Source: an uncultured Bacilli bacterium | GTDB taxonomy: Bacteria; Bacillota_I; Bacilli_A; RF39; UBA660 | NCBI GenBank assembly: GCA_934096265.1 | Contig: CAKOLI010000001.1 | Span: forward strand, 210,896-274,895 | Length of the DNA stretch: 64,000 nucleotides | Direction of reading: 5' to 3' | Part shown: positions 23,695 to 33,765 of the stretch, piece by piece | How the letters are laid out: each line of letters begins with the position of its first letter | Position numbering within the stretch: position 1 is the first letter of the stretch | Notes under the pieces: generated by a model | Databases searched by the model: none | Told to the model about the DNA's origin: nothing | What the model saw: the letters and a program-made list of their open reading frames with translations, nothing else | Translations under genes and position numbers: made by a program

Positions 23695-26600
23695 ATGCGA
23701 GTTTCAACGATAAGGGCATTAAAAATTAATAATATACTGTTACCAGATAAGATAGAAGGGAATTATTGGATTGATGGTACTGATGATAATGGTATAAAAA
23801 GGAATTTAATATCTATAGAGTCTTATGATGGTAAATGGAGATTAATAAGTAATAAGGAAGTTTATTGTGTAGTAGCTGGGGAGAAGGTTCCATATATTAA
23901 TTTGGAAGAGGGTAAATTTTATTTAGTGGTTAATAGTGTAGCTAAGGAAAATTTATTGTTGTATTGTTCTTCTGTTTTGGCTAGTTATAATTGTTATGAT
24001 ATAGAAGAATTTTTGAAAGATGGAATAACTATTGGTAGTGAACCTAGTAATTTGATTACGTATTCTATTTTAGATTCTTTATGTGCTTGTATTAAATATG
24101 AAAAGGGAAATGTTTTTGTTGTAGATAATAAGTCAAGATGTGGTGTGTATGTAAATGATGTTAGAGTTATAGGAAAAAGGGAGTTAAAAATAGGGGATAT
24201 TATTTTTATTGCTGGTGTGAAGATTATATTTTCTATAAATTCTAAAAAGACTCATTGTATTTATGTTAATGATGGTTCTTTAAATGGAGTGGGTGTGAAA
24301 TTATCAAAAACTGTGGATATGCAAGTAGTTAATAATGATTTTTATGAATTAGAGCAGGAAGTGGAATATCCATTATATGATGAGAAAGATTATTTCCATA
24401 AGGTTCCTAGGTTTTTTCAAAAAGATGAGGCTTTAGTTTTACAAGTTGATCCACCTCCTGCGAAAGTAGATGAAGGGAATAATTCTTTATTATTGACAAT
24501 AGGTCCAATGATAACGATGTCTATGACTTCTTTGGTTACTGGTTATATGGCTTTAAATAATGTTTTAAATGGGGATGCTACTTGGGCTAAAGCGACACCT
24601 TCGTTAGTTATATGTGGCGCGATGTTTGCTAGTGTATTTATATGGCCTATATTTACTAAGTGGTATGATAAGAAAAATAGAATTAAGAATGAGTTGCTTA
24701 GGCAGCAAAAATATAGTGAGTATATAGAAGCTAAGAGGAAGATGATTATAGAAGCTAAAAACCAACAGACGGCAATATTGACAAATAATTATATAAATAT
24801 AAAAGAGGCTGTAGATACTATTTTAAGAAAATATACTGGGTTATGGCAACGTAGGATAGAAGATGATGACTTTTTAGATGTAAATTTGGGATATGGAAGT
24901 TATCCAATGAAAATTGATATTAAGTATCCAGAAGAAAGGTTTTCAATGGTTGAGGATAATCTAAAGGATATGGTATTAAAGTTAGGGCAAGAGCCTAAGT
25001 TGTTGTTAAATGTACCAGTTGTGTTTTCTTTAAGGGAAGCTTTTATAAGTGGTATAATTGGTGGGTATGAAATTAATGAGTTTACTAGAAGGTTGTTAAT
25101 TCAAATACTTGCTTTACATAGTTATGATGATTTGAAAATTGTTTTTTTGACTGATGAAGAAAAAGAATCTGAATGGAAGGTATTTAAACAGGTTCCTCAT
25201 TGCTTTTCTGATGATAAGAGTTTAAGATTTTTCGCGACAAATAATGATGAATATAAAGAGGTTTGTTATTATTTAGATAAGATTTTTGATTATAGAAAAG
25301 AAAAGTCTAATACGGATAGTAAGATAAATAGTTTTAATCAATCTTTTTTAATAGTGACAGATAGTTTTAAGAAGATTAGGAATTTTGATATTATTAAAGA
25401 TATTTTGGAGAGTAAGAAATATTATGGTTTTAGTATTTTGATTTTAGATAATAAGATAACTAATTTGCCTGATCAATGTTCTGATTTTATAAGTTTAAGT
25501 AAGGATAATGGGGAACTTAGAAATAATAAGAATATAACTGAAAGTATTAAATTTTCGGTGGATTTATTATCAAGTGTTGATTATGATGGTTGTGTTAAGG
25601 CATTAGCTAATATTCCAATAGAATTGTCTTTAGATGATGAAAACCAAATTGCCTCTAAGATAGGTTTTTTAGAGATGTATGATGTTGGGAAGATAGAACA
25701 GTTGAATTCTCCGACTAGGTGGGTTAAAAATAATCCAATTTTAAATTTGCAAGTTCCGGTTGGTATTGGTAAAAGTGGGGAAAAGATTACGATTGATTTG
25801 CATGAGAAGTATCATGGTCCACATGGGTTAATTGCTGGTATGACGGGAAGTGGGAAGTCAGAGTTTATTATTACGTATATTTTATCAATGGCTATAAATT
25901 ATCATCCATATGAAGTTCAGTTTATTTTGATTGATTATAAAGGTGGAGGATTAGCGGGGGCTTTTGAGAATAGTAGTACTGGATTAAAGTTACCACATTT
26001 GGTTGGAACTATTACTAATTTGGATGCTAATGAGATAAAGAGGAGTCTTGCTTCTATTGATTTTGAGTTAAAAAGAAGGCAAGCATTATTTAATACTGCA
26101 AGGGAATTTTCTGGAGAGGGTACAATTGATATTTATAAGTATCAAAAGATGTATAGAGATGGTATTGTTAAGGAACCTGTTTCACATTTGTTTATTATAT
26201 GTGATGAGTTTGCAGAATTAAAGAGTCAGCAACCAGAGTTTATGGCACAGTTAATTTCAACAGCACGTATTGGTCGTTCTTTAGGGGTGCATTTGATTTT
26301 AGCTACGCAAAAGCCAAGTGGTGTGGTCGATCCCCAAATATGGAGTAATACAAGATTTAGAGTATGTATGAGGGTGCAAGATAAGTCTGATTCAAATGAG
26401 GTTATTAAATGTCCTGATGCTGCATATTTAAAGCAAACAGGAAGGTTTTATTTTCAAGTAGGGTTTAATGAAGTGTTTTTACTAGGACAAGCTGCTTATG
26501 CTGGTGGGAAATATATTCCATCTGAAAAGGTAACTAAGACAATAGATACAACTATTAATTTTATTGATAATATTGGTTATACGATTAAGAAGGTTGATAC

Positions 26601-28326
26601 TAAGGTTAAAACTGATACTGTAGTTGTGGATATTGGAGAGGAATTAAGTAATATAGTAAAATATTTAGATAATATTGCAAAGGAACAAAATATTAAATGT
26701 AGGCCATTATGGTTGGAGAAGATTCCAGAGGATATTAGAATAGAGAATTTGGCTTTAAAATATAAATATGAGAAAGAAGAATATATAATTAATCCAATTA
26801 TTGGGGAATATGATATACCTTCAAGGCAAGAACAAGCTTTGTTAACTTTGCCATTATCAAAAGAGGGTAATGCATTGATTTATGGTTCTTCAGGAAGTGG
26901 TAAAGAAAACTTTATTACAACATTGCTTTATTCATCTAGTATGTATTATTCACCAGAAGAGGTAAATTATTATGTAGTTGATTTTGGTTCTGAAGTTTTA
27001 AGGATGTTTAATGATTATCCAATTGTAGGTGATATATTAGATTCAGATGATGAAGAGAAAATTAAAAATTTATATAAGATGTTAAACGCGACGATTGAAG
27101 AGAGAAAGATTTTATTTTCTGAATATAATGGAGATTATTATACTTATTGTAAGAATAATGGTAAGGCTATTCCAAGTATTGTAGTAGTTATAAATAATTA
27201 TGAGTCATATCAAGAAACATATCCAGAGTTTGATGATATGCTTATTGTATTATCAAGGGAGTGTAATAAATATGGTATATTCTTTGTGCTTACTGTTAAT
27301 ACTCCGAATGGGTTACGTTTTAAGTTAAGACAAAATTTTTCGTTAACATATGTATTGCAACAAAATAGTAATGATGATTATACAACTATTTTAGGTAATG
27401 TATATAAAAATTATCCTGCAAAGATTTTTGGTAGAGGGATTTTTAAGACGGATGATGTATATGAATTTCAAACTGCTTTGGTAAGTGATAAGGATAATAT
27501 TATTAAATATGTAAAAGATAAGAAAAATGAGTTAAAGAATAAATATTCTACTATGGCTAAGCGAATTCCTGTTTTGCCTAATGTTGTGGATTATTCTTCA
27601 ATATATAAAGATTTTGGTAAGTCATCATCTTTAATTATTGGTATTGATAAATCTTCTTTGAAAATATGTAAATTTGATTTTAATAAAAATTATTTAACTA
27701 TAATTTCAATGTTGGATTTAACTGCAAGTAGTAATTTTTTAAATCCATTTATAAATCAAATTATTGCTAATAATAATTCAATGTTATTTGTTATAAATGC
27801 TTCTGATGACGAGATAGATGATAAGTATAAATCACAATATCAGTATGTTGATCATCAATTTAATGAGGTTTTTGTTAATTTATTAAATTTTGTGAAAGAG
27901 CAATATGATGGTTATGTTAAAAATGATTATAATAAGAATATTTTTAATAATATGAGGAAGGTATATTGTATTATAATAGGGATTGATTCTTTTAAGATGC
28001 GTCTTAATGATGATAACAAGAGTAAATTTGCTGATTTATTTATAAACGGTAAGGATTTAGGTATAATTAGTTTTATAATTGTAGATAGTATTGATCAGAT
28101 TAGAAAGGTAGAGATGGAATCTTGGTATAAAAATTGTGTTAATAACAATTTTGGTATTTGGATAGGTAATGGTATAAATGATCAGTTTAGTTTGAGGATA
28201 AGTCAAAAGATTGAAGAGATGAAAGAAGATGTTCCGAATAATTTCTGTTTTGTAATTAAACGCGGTAGGGTTCAATATGTAAAATTCGTTGAAAAATTAG
28301 AGTTAGATATTAAAAGTAATGAGTAA
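23695..28326 (+). CDS. essC: T7SS FtsK/SpoIIIE-family ATPase EssC/YukBA
   Basis: 1543 aa. N-terminal FHA-like region, 2 TM segments (about aa 270-320), three P-loop ATPase domains (GMTGSGKSE; LILATQKPSGVVD; degenerate GSSGSGKEN). Confidence 0.9.
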   Translation: MRVSTIRALKINNILLPDKIEGNYWIDGTDDNGIKRNLISIESYDGKWRLISNKEVYCVVAGEKVPYINLEEGKFYLVVNSVAKENLLLYCSSVLASYNCYDIEEFLKDGITIGSEPSNLITYSILDSLCACIKYEKGNVFVVDNKSRCGVYVNDVRVIGKRELKIGDIIFIAGVKIIFSINSKKTHCIYVNDGSLNGVGVKLSKTVDMQVVNNDFYELEQEVEYPLYDEKDYFHKVPRFFQKDEALVLQVDPPPAKVDEGNNSLLLTIGPMITMSMTSLVTGYMALNNVLNGDATWAKATPSLVICGAMFASVFIWPIFTKWYDKKNRIKNELLRQQKYSEYIEAKRKMIIEAKNQQTAILTNNYINIKEAVDTILRKYTGLWQRRIEDDDFLDVNLGYGSYPMKIDIKYPEERFSMVEDNLKDMVLKLGQEPKLLLNVPVVFSLREAFISGIIGGYEINEFTRRLLIQILALHSYDDLKIVFLTDEEKESEWKVFKQVPHCFSDDKSLRFFATNNDEYKEVCYYLDKIFDYRKEKSNTDSKINSFNQSFLIVTDSFKKIRNFDIIKDILESKKYYGFSILILDNKITNLPDQCSDFISLSKDNGELRNNKNITESIKFSVDLLSSVDYDGCVKALANIPIELSLDDENQIASKIGFLEMYDVGKIEQLNSPTRWVKNNPILNLQVPVGIGKSGEKITIDLHEKYHGPHGLIAGMTGSGKSEFIITYILSMAINYHPYEVQFILIDYKGGGLAGAFENSSTGLKLPHLVGTITNLDANEIKRSLASIDFELKRRQALFNTAREFSGEGTIDIYKYQKMYRDGIVKEPVSHLFIICDEFAELKSQQPEFMAQLISTARIGRSLGVHLILATQKPSGVVDPQIWSNTRFRVCMRVQDKSDSNEVIKCPDAAYLKQTGRFYFQVGFNEVFLLGQAAYAGGKYIPSEKVTKTIDTTINFIDNIGYTIKKVDTKVKTDTVVVDIGEELSNIVKYLDNIAKEQNIKCRPLWLEKIPEDIRIENLALKYKYEKEEYIINPIIGEYDIPSRQEQALLTLPLSKEGNALIYGSSGSGKENFITTLLYSSSMYYSPEEVNYYVVDFGSEVLRMFNDYPIVGDILDSDDEEKIKNLYKMLNATIEERKILFSEYNGDYYTYCKNNGKAIPSIVVVINNYESYQETYPEFDDMLIVLSRECNKYGIFFVLTVNTPNGLRFKLRQNFSLTYVLQQNSNDDYTTILGNVYKNYPAKIFGRGIFKTDDVYEFQTALVSDKDNIIKYVKDKKNELKNKYSTMAKRIPVLPNVVDYSSIYKDFGKSSSLIIGIDKSSLKICKFDFNKNYLTIISMLDLTASSNFLNPFINQIIANNNSMLFVINASDDEIDDKYKSQYQYVDHQFNEVFVNLLNFVKEQYDGYVKNDYNKNIFNNMRKVYCIIIGIDSFKMRLNDDNKSKFADLFINGKDLGIISFIIVDSIDQIRKVEMESWYKNCVNNNFGIWIGNGINDQFSLRISQKIEEMKEDVPNNFCFVIKRGRVQYVKFVEKLELDIKSNE

Positions 28327-28327
28327 G

Positions 28328-28377
28328 AATGTTTTAAAGATTGAGATTTTTATATTAGGATTTCAATCTTTTTTTGT
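28328..28377. repeat. 50-bp direct repeat, copy 2 (terminator hairpin after essC)
   Basis: Identical to 17913-17962. Confidence 0.9.
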
Positions 28378-28437
28378 ATAGGGGAGTAGAAATAATGTTA
28401 ATTATTTGATATAATGTTTATAGTAGGAGTGATTGAT

Positions 28438-28983
28438 ATGGATAATGTTTTGCTAATTATTATAATAATTTTGATATCATTAGGAGTATTTTGTTTAATT
28501 AAGTCAGTATGTAAGCCTATAAGTACATTGACGGCTGTTTTGCTTGTCATACCAACGGTGTTAACATGTGGGGTTGTGCTGTTTATTTATAGGGCTTTTA
28601 AGAATAGTTATGTGTCTACTTCAAGTAATATTTCTAGTAGTAATAAGTATTCAACTGATTTTTATGATGTTAATGATAATAGTATGGGTAGTGAAGATAA
28701 GAAGCCCGCTAGGGCATATGATGATGGCTTCGGTAAGACTACTTATTATGATAAGGAAGGTAATTTGATGGGGGCTTCTTTAGATAATGGGTTTGGTAAG
28801 GAGACATTTACGGATAGTGAAGGTAATTATGTGGGTAGTACTTTTGATAATGGTCTTGGAAGTACTACGTATACAGGTAAAGATGGGAAGGTAGTTTTTA
28901 GTAATACTAATTATTTAGGGGATGAGAATTTTTCTGATGGAACAGTATCTAGGAAGGATTCTTCTTCTAAGTATTATTCTTAG
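28438..28983 (+). CDS. membrane-anchored protein with three about 20-aa (D/N)NGFGK-T(T/F)Y-D-EGN repeats
   Basis: Two N-terminal TM helices, then DDGFGKTTYYDKEGNLMGAS / LDNGFGKETFTDSEGNYVGST / FDNGLGSTTYTGKDGKVVFSN. Core-like codon usage. Extended -10 TGATATAAT at 28408-28416. Confidence 0.5.
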   Translation: MDNVLLIIIIILISLGVFCLIKSVCKPISTLTAVLLVIPTVLTCGVVLFIYRAFKNSYVSTSSNISSSNKYSTDFYDVNDNSMGSEDKKPARAYDDGFGKTTYYDKEGNLMGASLDNGFGKETFTDSEGNYVGSTFDNGLGSTTYTGKDGKVVFSNTNYLGDENFSDGTVSRKDSSSKYYS

Positions 28984-29002
28984 AAAATAGAAAGGTGAAG
29001 TT

Positions 29003-29366
29003 ATGAAGAGGTATGTTGCGTTTCTTCGTGGTATTAATGTAGGTGGTAAGAATAGTGTGTCTATGAAAAGTCTTAGGGAGTTGTTTAGTTCTTCTTATTA
29101 TGATGTTGTTACTTATCTTAATAGTGGTAATGTTATTTTTATAATTAGGCCTTATACTTATTATGATGTTTCTTTGGCTTTAGGTAGTCCTGATTCTAGG
29201 TATGAGAAGGTGTTTAATTATAAGGATAAGGTGTTTTGGTCTTTTGATTTAAATAATTATAGGAAGAGTGTTTAGTGGAAGAAGAGTGCTAGTAGTAGTG
29301 TTAGTGGTTTTATTACTATTAGGACGGCGAATACTGTTAGGAAGGTATTGGAGATATGTAAGAGGT
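29003..29366 (+). pseudogene. DUF1697-family gene remnant with in-frame TAG stop and internal shortening
   Basis: N-terminus MKRYVAFLRGINVGGKNSVSMKSLRELF matches DUF1697. After the TAG at 29273-29275 the same frame continues as ...SGFITIRTANTVRKVLEI, matching the family C-terminus. Total about 120 aa against about 180 expected. Confidence 0.45.
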
Positions 29367-29431
29367 AATATTTTGCTTTTCTTTTTATAAGTATTATTGT
29401 ATAATTGTTATAGGAGTAGGAAGGTGTTTTG

Positions 29432-30331
29432 ATGAAGGTATTATGTATAGGGCATTGTGCATATGATATAACGGTGGTTACTGATATGTATCCTTGTGAG
29501 GGGGATAAGTATCGTGTTAGTTCTAAGGTTGAGTGTGGTGGTGGTCCTGCGTCTAACGCGGCTTATTTGTTAGGTAAGTGGGGCGTTGATACTTATATGG
29601 CAGGAGTAGTTGGTAATGATATTTATGGTAAGAAGATTAGGGATGAGTTTAGTGATGTTAATGTTAATACTAATTATTTAGAGTTGTCTAATAAGTATAA
29701 TACGACTAGTAATTTTATTGTTGTTAATAGGAAGAGTGGTACTAGGACGATATTTACTTATCGTAATCCTAGGATGAAGATTAGTGATATTAACATTAGT
29801 ATTAAGCCTGATTTTATTTTGTGTGATGCTGAGGAGTTGGATTTGTCTTTGAAGGTAATTAAGAAGTATCCTAAGGCGGTATCTGTAATGGATGCTTCAA
29901 GGGCAAGGTATGCTTCTATAAAGCTTGGTAAGGTAGTAGACTATTTGATTGTGTCACAGAGTTTTGCAGAGGAGTTTACTGGTTGTAAGATTGTTTCTAG
30001 TGATATGAATACGATTAGTAAGGTGTATAATTTGCTAGAGGATAGTTTTAAGAATAATATTGTTATTACTTTGGGTAGTGATGGTTGCGTTTTTAAGAAT
30101 GATGATATGATTAGTTTAATGCCATCTTATAAGGTTTCTGCTTGTGATACTGCTTGTGCGGGGGATTTCTTTCATGGGGCTTTTATGTATGGGCTTATAA
30201 ATAAGTATAAGTATGCTGATATTATGAGGCTTTGTAATATTACTGGGGCACTTTCTACTAAGGTTTTAGGTGGTAGGACGTCTACTCCTAAAAAGGAAGA
30301 GGTGCTAAGGATATATGAGAAGAGTAGATGA
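29432..30331 (+). CDS. PfkB-family carbohydrate kinase (ribokinase-like)
   Basis: N-terminal GG motif region (ECGGGPASNAAY). C-terminal DTACAGDFFHGAF (DTxGAGD) signature. Confidence 0.7.
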   Translation: MKVLCIGHCAYDITVVTDMYPCEGDKYRVSSKVECGGGPASNAAYLLGKWGVDTYMAGVVGNDIYGKKIRDEFSDVNVNTNYLELSNKYNTTSNFIVVNRKSGTRTIFTYRNPRMKISDINISIKPDFILCDAEELDLSLKVIKKYPKAVSVMDASRARYASIKLGKVVDYLIVSQSFAEEFTGCKIVSSDMNTISKVYNLLEDSFKNNIVITLGSDGCVFKNDDMISLMPSYKVSACDTACAGDFFHGAFMYGLINKYKYADIMRLCNITGALSTKVLGGRTSTPKKEEVLRIYEKSR

Positions 30332-30590
30332 TATTTTTTTAGGAGGATATCCTAGTATTGATTTACATGGAGTGGATAGGGATAGTGCTAGAGTTATGAC
30401 TAATGATTTTATTTATGAGAATTATTTACTCGGTAATTCTGTAGTTACTATTATTCATGGTAAGGGGAGTTATGTGGTTAAGGGTAGTGTACATAGTGCT
30501 TTATCTAAAAATAATTATGTTAGGGAGTATAAATTGGATAATTTTAATGATGGAGTTACTATTGTATGGCTTAAACTTGACAAAAATTAG
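30315..30590 (+). CDS. Smr-domain protein
   Basis: IDLHGVDRDSA...TIIHGKGSYVVKGSVHSAL pattern, 91 aa. Confidence 0.6.
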   Translation: MRRVDDIFLGGYPSIDLHGVDRDSARVMTNDFIYENYLLGNSVVTIIHGKGSYVVKGSVHSALSKNNYVREYKLDNFNDGVTIVWLKLDKN

Positions 30591-30638
30591 TGTTTGTGCT
30601 AGAATAGAAAACATTATTTTTGAGAAGGGGGATTTTAT

Positions 30639-31967
30639 ATGTATGTAGAATCTAGAGAAAAATTTAGTTGGTTTGACTTTTTTGCTAGGGCGGCTGTAGT
30701 AGTGGTGTTTGTTTTTCTATTGATGTGGATTGTGCCACTTCCTAGTGTTAAGAAGGTAGAAGTAAAGGTAGATAGGTTAGAAGATCAAGTTAATGTGATT
30801 GTTGATAGGATTTTTTATGATAATCTTGTTAATATGAAAGAAGCTGCAAGGGAGTATTTTACTATACCTAAGTTACCTAAGAAGAACGATGAGTCTGTTA
30901 AGATTACTCTTGGAGAGATGTTAGATAAGAAGTTACTACTTAGTGTTAAGGATAAAGATGGTAAGGAATGTAGTAATAGTGATTCTTATGTTTTAGTTAA
31001 GAGGCTTAAGGATGAGTATGAGGTTAAGGTATATTTAAGATGTGGTGAAGTATCTGATTATATTATTACTTATATGGATTTGGAATGTAATTTGGCGTGT
31101 GATAATAATTGTAAGTTAGTGGATAATGATGATGGTAAGAATTATACTACTTATAAGTTATATCAATATAAGAAGAATATTACTACTTCTGGTTGGACTA
31201 AGTGGTCAGATTGGACTACTAAGGTAGAAAAGGCTGATGATACTAGGACAAAGGTGCAAGTTAAAGGCAAGAAGTGGGTTAGTAATTTAGTATATGAATA
31301 TGAACATACTAAGACTACTAAGGAAGATGATAAGAAAGTTGTTACTAAGGAAGATGATAAGGTAGTTGATGTGTGGGTAGATGGTGTTGTTAAGACTTGT
31401 GAGAAGACAGAACGTGTTCCTTATACTACTACTGTAGAATATACTGAGACAGAAAATCAATGTGATAAGGTAGCAGTTGGTACTAAGACTGTTAGGGATT
31501 GTAGTACTTGTGCTCTTAAGACTGTTACTTTATATGAAAAGGTATGTAAGGATGTAGAAGTTGTTCGTGAGAAAGAGGTTACTAGGTATAGGAATGAGAC
31601 TGTACTTTATGATTGTTCTACTCCTGGATACTTTACTAAGAAGACTATTACTGGTAAGACTACTACGACAGTTATACCTGGTAAGACTAATACAGTTACT
31701 GTATGGACTACTAATGCTAAGGAAGATGGATATGTTAGTACTGGTAATAAGCGTGTAAAAGAAGACAAAGGTTATTATGTATATACTGAAGAATTTCTTG
31801 ATAAGTTACCTGATGGTTATACTAAGACTGAGACTAGGACTTTATATAGTTATCGTAATAAAACTAAGACTACTAAAACTATTTATAAATGGGATAAGAA
31901 TCCTAATTTAGGAGATGGTTGGGTTTTAACTGGTAAGGTTCAAACTAAAAAGGTAGAGGTTAAATAA
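30639..31967 (+). CDS. hypothetical N-terminally anchored K/T/V-rich exported protein
   Basis: One TM helix, then a low-complexity K/T/E/V-rich region with Cys clusters. No homology recognised. Confidence 0.4.
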   Translation: MYVESREKFSWFDFFARAAVVVVFVFLLMWIVPLPSVKKVEVKVDRLEDQVNVIVDRIFYDNLVNMKEAAREYFTIPKLPKKNDESVKITLGEMLDKKLLLSVKDKDGKECSNSDSYVLVKRLKDEYEVKVYLRCGEVSDYIITYMDLECNLACDNNCKLVDNDDGKNYTTYKLYQYKKNITTSGWTKWSDWTTKVEKADDTRTKVQVKGKKWVSNLVYEYEHTKTTKEDDKKVVTKEDDKVVDVWVDGVVKTCEKTERVPYTTTVEYTETENQCDKVAVGTKTVRDCSTCALKTVTLYEKVCKDVEVVREKEVTRYRNETVLYDCSTPGYFTKKTITGKTTTTVIPGKTNTVTVWTTNAKEDGYVSTGNKRVKEDKGYYVYTEEFLDKLPDGYTKTETRTLYSYRNKTKTTKTIYKWDKNPNLGDGWVLTGKVQTKKVEVK

Positions 31968-31988
31968 TATTTGTAAGGGGGATTAATT

Positions 31989-33176
31989 ATGAAGATTAAT
32001 GATAATAATTTAAGGAATGTTAGTGTTACTGATATGGATAGTAATTATACAGTTGATAGAAATAGTTCTAAGAATAAAGTAGGTAAGGGTATTGTAAGAA
32101 CTTTAATGGGGGCTTTAACTTTTGTTGTTACTGGTGTTGGTATTGTTCATTTTACTGGTTGTAAGAATGATACTAAGGATGTTAGTAATGAGGTAGATGT
32201 TACTCCTGATACTGTTGGGTATTCAAGTAATGTTGTTAATACACCTGTTAGTACTCCTACGCCTACACCTACTCAAACACCTAGTATAGAAAGTAAGAAG
32301 GAAAAGTTATTTAATATGCTTTCTTTGATAGAAGAAAAAGAAGGTACTCTTGGTAAGGAAGATGAGTCTGTACTTAGTTTAGAAAAAGATATGTTAGCTT
32401 TAGCTAAGGAATTGGAAGAGTATTTAGATGATTATGAAAAGGCAAGAGTATTAGTGGTATTAGATGATAATTATGCTAGGGGTATGAATCAAGTAGAAGG
32501 GCTTAGTTTGAGTGAAGAAGAAGGTTTAGTGTCACTAACTTATTTAAATGGTATTAAAGCTAATATTACAGAAGCTAATACAGAAGATGTTACTTTAGAT
32601 TTTATATTAGATTTTGAAACTTATTGGAATAAGTTAAATTATGATGCTAAGAAATATTTACAAAGTAATATAGAAGTTAAGCATGAAAATTATGCTAAGT
32701 ATGGGGATTTAGTTAGTGATTATGTATTAAATTCTAAGGATGCTATGGTACTTAAGAGTATGATTGGTAAAAGGCTTGAAGTTAATAATTATGTACATGA
32801 TGGTAAGTATGAAGAGGCTTATAATTTAGCAGTTAAGCTTATTGAAGAAGATGTTAAGATGTATGTATGTAATTGTGATATGAGTGTAGGTAATGATAAA
32901 GTTAATGTTAGTACGTTATCTCCTTGGGCTCAATATTTAGTTAGTTATATAGCTTATGCTGATACGTCTTATGTTCGTGATGATACTTTGATTACTACGA
33001 TTAATGGTTGTGAGATTACTAATGGTAGTCATAAGGAAAAGGCATATCATTATGATGCTGATTATGCATTTGTACAACAAGATAGTGCTAGGAATAATAT
33101 TAATTGGTATTTGGAAGCTAATTCTATTAATGCTACGTTGGCATTTGTTTATGAAAATAAAACATTATGTAAGTAA
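31989..33176 (+). CDS. hypothetical lipoprotein-like protein
   Basis: Hydrophobic segment ending in HFTGC (lipobox-like), then a PT-rich linker (TPVSTPTPTPTQTPS). Confidence 0.4.
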   Translation: MKINDNNLRNVSVTDMDSNYTVDRNSSKNKVGKGIVRTLMGALTFVVTGVGIVHFTGCKNDTKDVSNEVDVTPDTVGYSSNVVNTPVSTPTPTPTQTPSIESKKEKLFNMLSLIEEKEGTLGKEDESVLSLEKDMLALAKELEEYLDDYEKARVLVVLDDNYARGMNQVEGLSLSEEEGLVSLTYLNGIKANITEANTEDVTLDFILDFETYWNKLNYDAKKYLQSNIEVKHENYAKYGDLVSDYVLNSKDAMVLKSMIGKRLEVNNYVHDGKYEEAYNLAVKLIEEDVKMYVCNCDMSVGNDKVNVSTLSPWAQYLVSYIAYADTSYVRDDTLITTINGCEITNGSHKEKAYHYDADYAFVQQDSARNNINWYLEANSINATLAFVYENKTLCK

Positions 33177-33272
33177 AAATATGCCCCTTCTTAGTTAAGG
33201 GGTTTATTATTTGACATATATTTATATTTGTGGTACAATTTATTAGTGCTAAATAGTAAGGGGGTTACTATT

Positions 33273-33692
33273 ATGAAAGATGCGTATATTATTGAATATG
33301 TTAATGAGAATGAATTTAGGAAGAAAGAAAGGTCAGTTAAGAAGTATAATATGCTTGCTTATAAGAAGATGATTTTTGATTATTATCCATCTTTTAGAGA
33401 GGGTAAGTTCTATGGAGTGGTCGTCTCTACTAATAAGAAGGATAATATTATTAAGTATGAGCTTAAGCTTCCTACTGATGTGATGTTTTCTAAGGTACAC
33501 GGAGATATAGTTTTACATTATTCTGTTTATGAAAATCAAAAGATTGTAATGTTAAATACGATTACTCCTTCCGAGATATTAGATGAAGGACATCAATCAG
33601 AGCTTTCTACTTATAAGGGAGTAATGGTATCTAAAACACATACTGATAAGGATATGTTTAAAATTAATTTGATTAATATGTTAGAAAAGTAG
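33273..33692 (+). CDS. hypothetical protein
   Basis: RBS AAGGGGG, then ATG. No homology recognised. Confidence 0.4.
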   Translation: MKDAYIIEYVNENEFRKKERSVKKYNMLAYKKMIFDYYPSFREGKFYGVVVSTNKKDNIIKYELKLPTDVMFSKVHGDIVLHYSVYENQKIVMLNTITPSEILDEGHQSELSTYKGVMVSKTHTDKDMFKINLINMLEK

Positions 33693-33765
33693 TTGTTTGT
33701 AATTCTAAGATATATATATAAATTATATATTATCAGTAGTAGATATATTGAGGTGTAGATAAATA

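Noticed and set aside
30639-33176. The K/T-rich 442-aa and PT-linker 395-aa proteins as additional T7SS or LPXTG surface substrates
   Set aside because: They have no LPXTG motif, no WXG/LXG features and core-type codon usage. They are left as hypothetical exported proteins.
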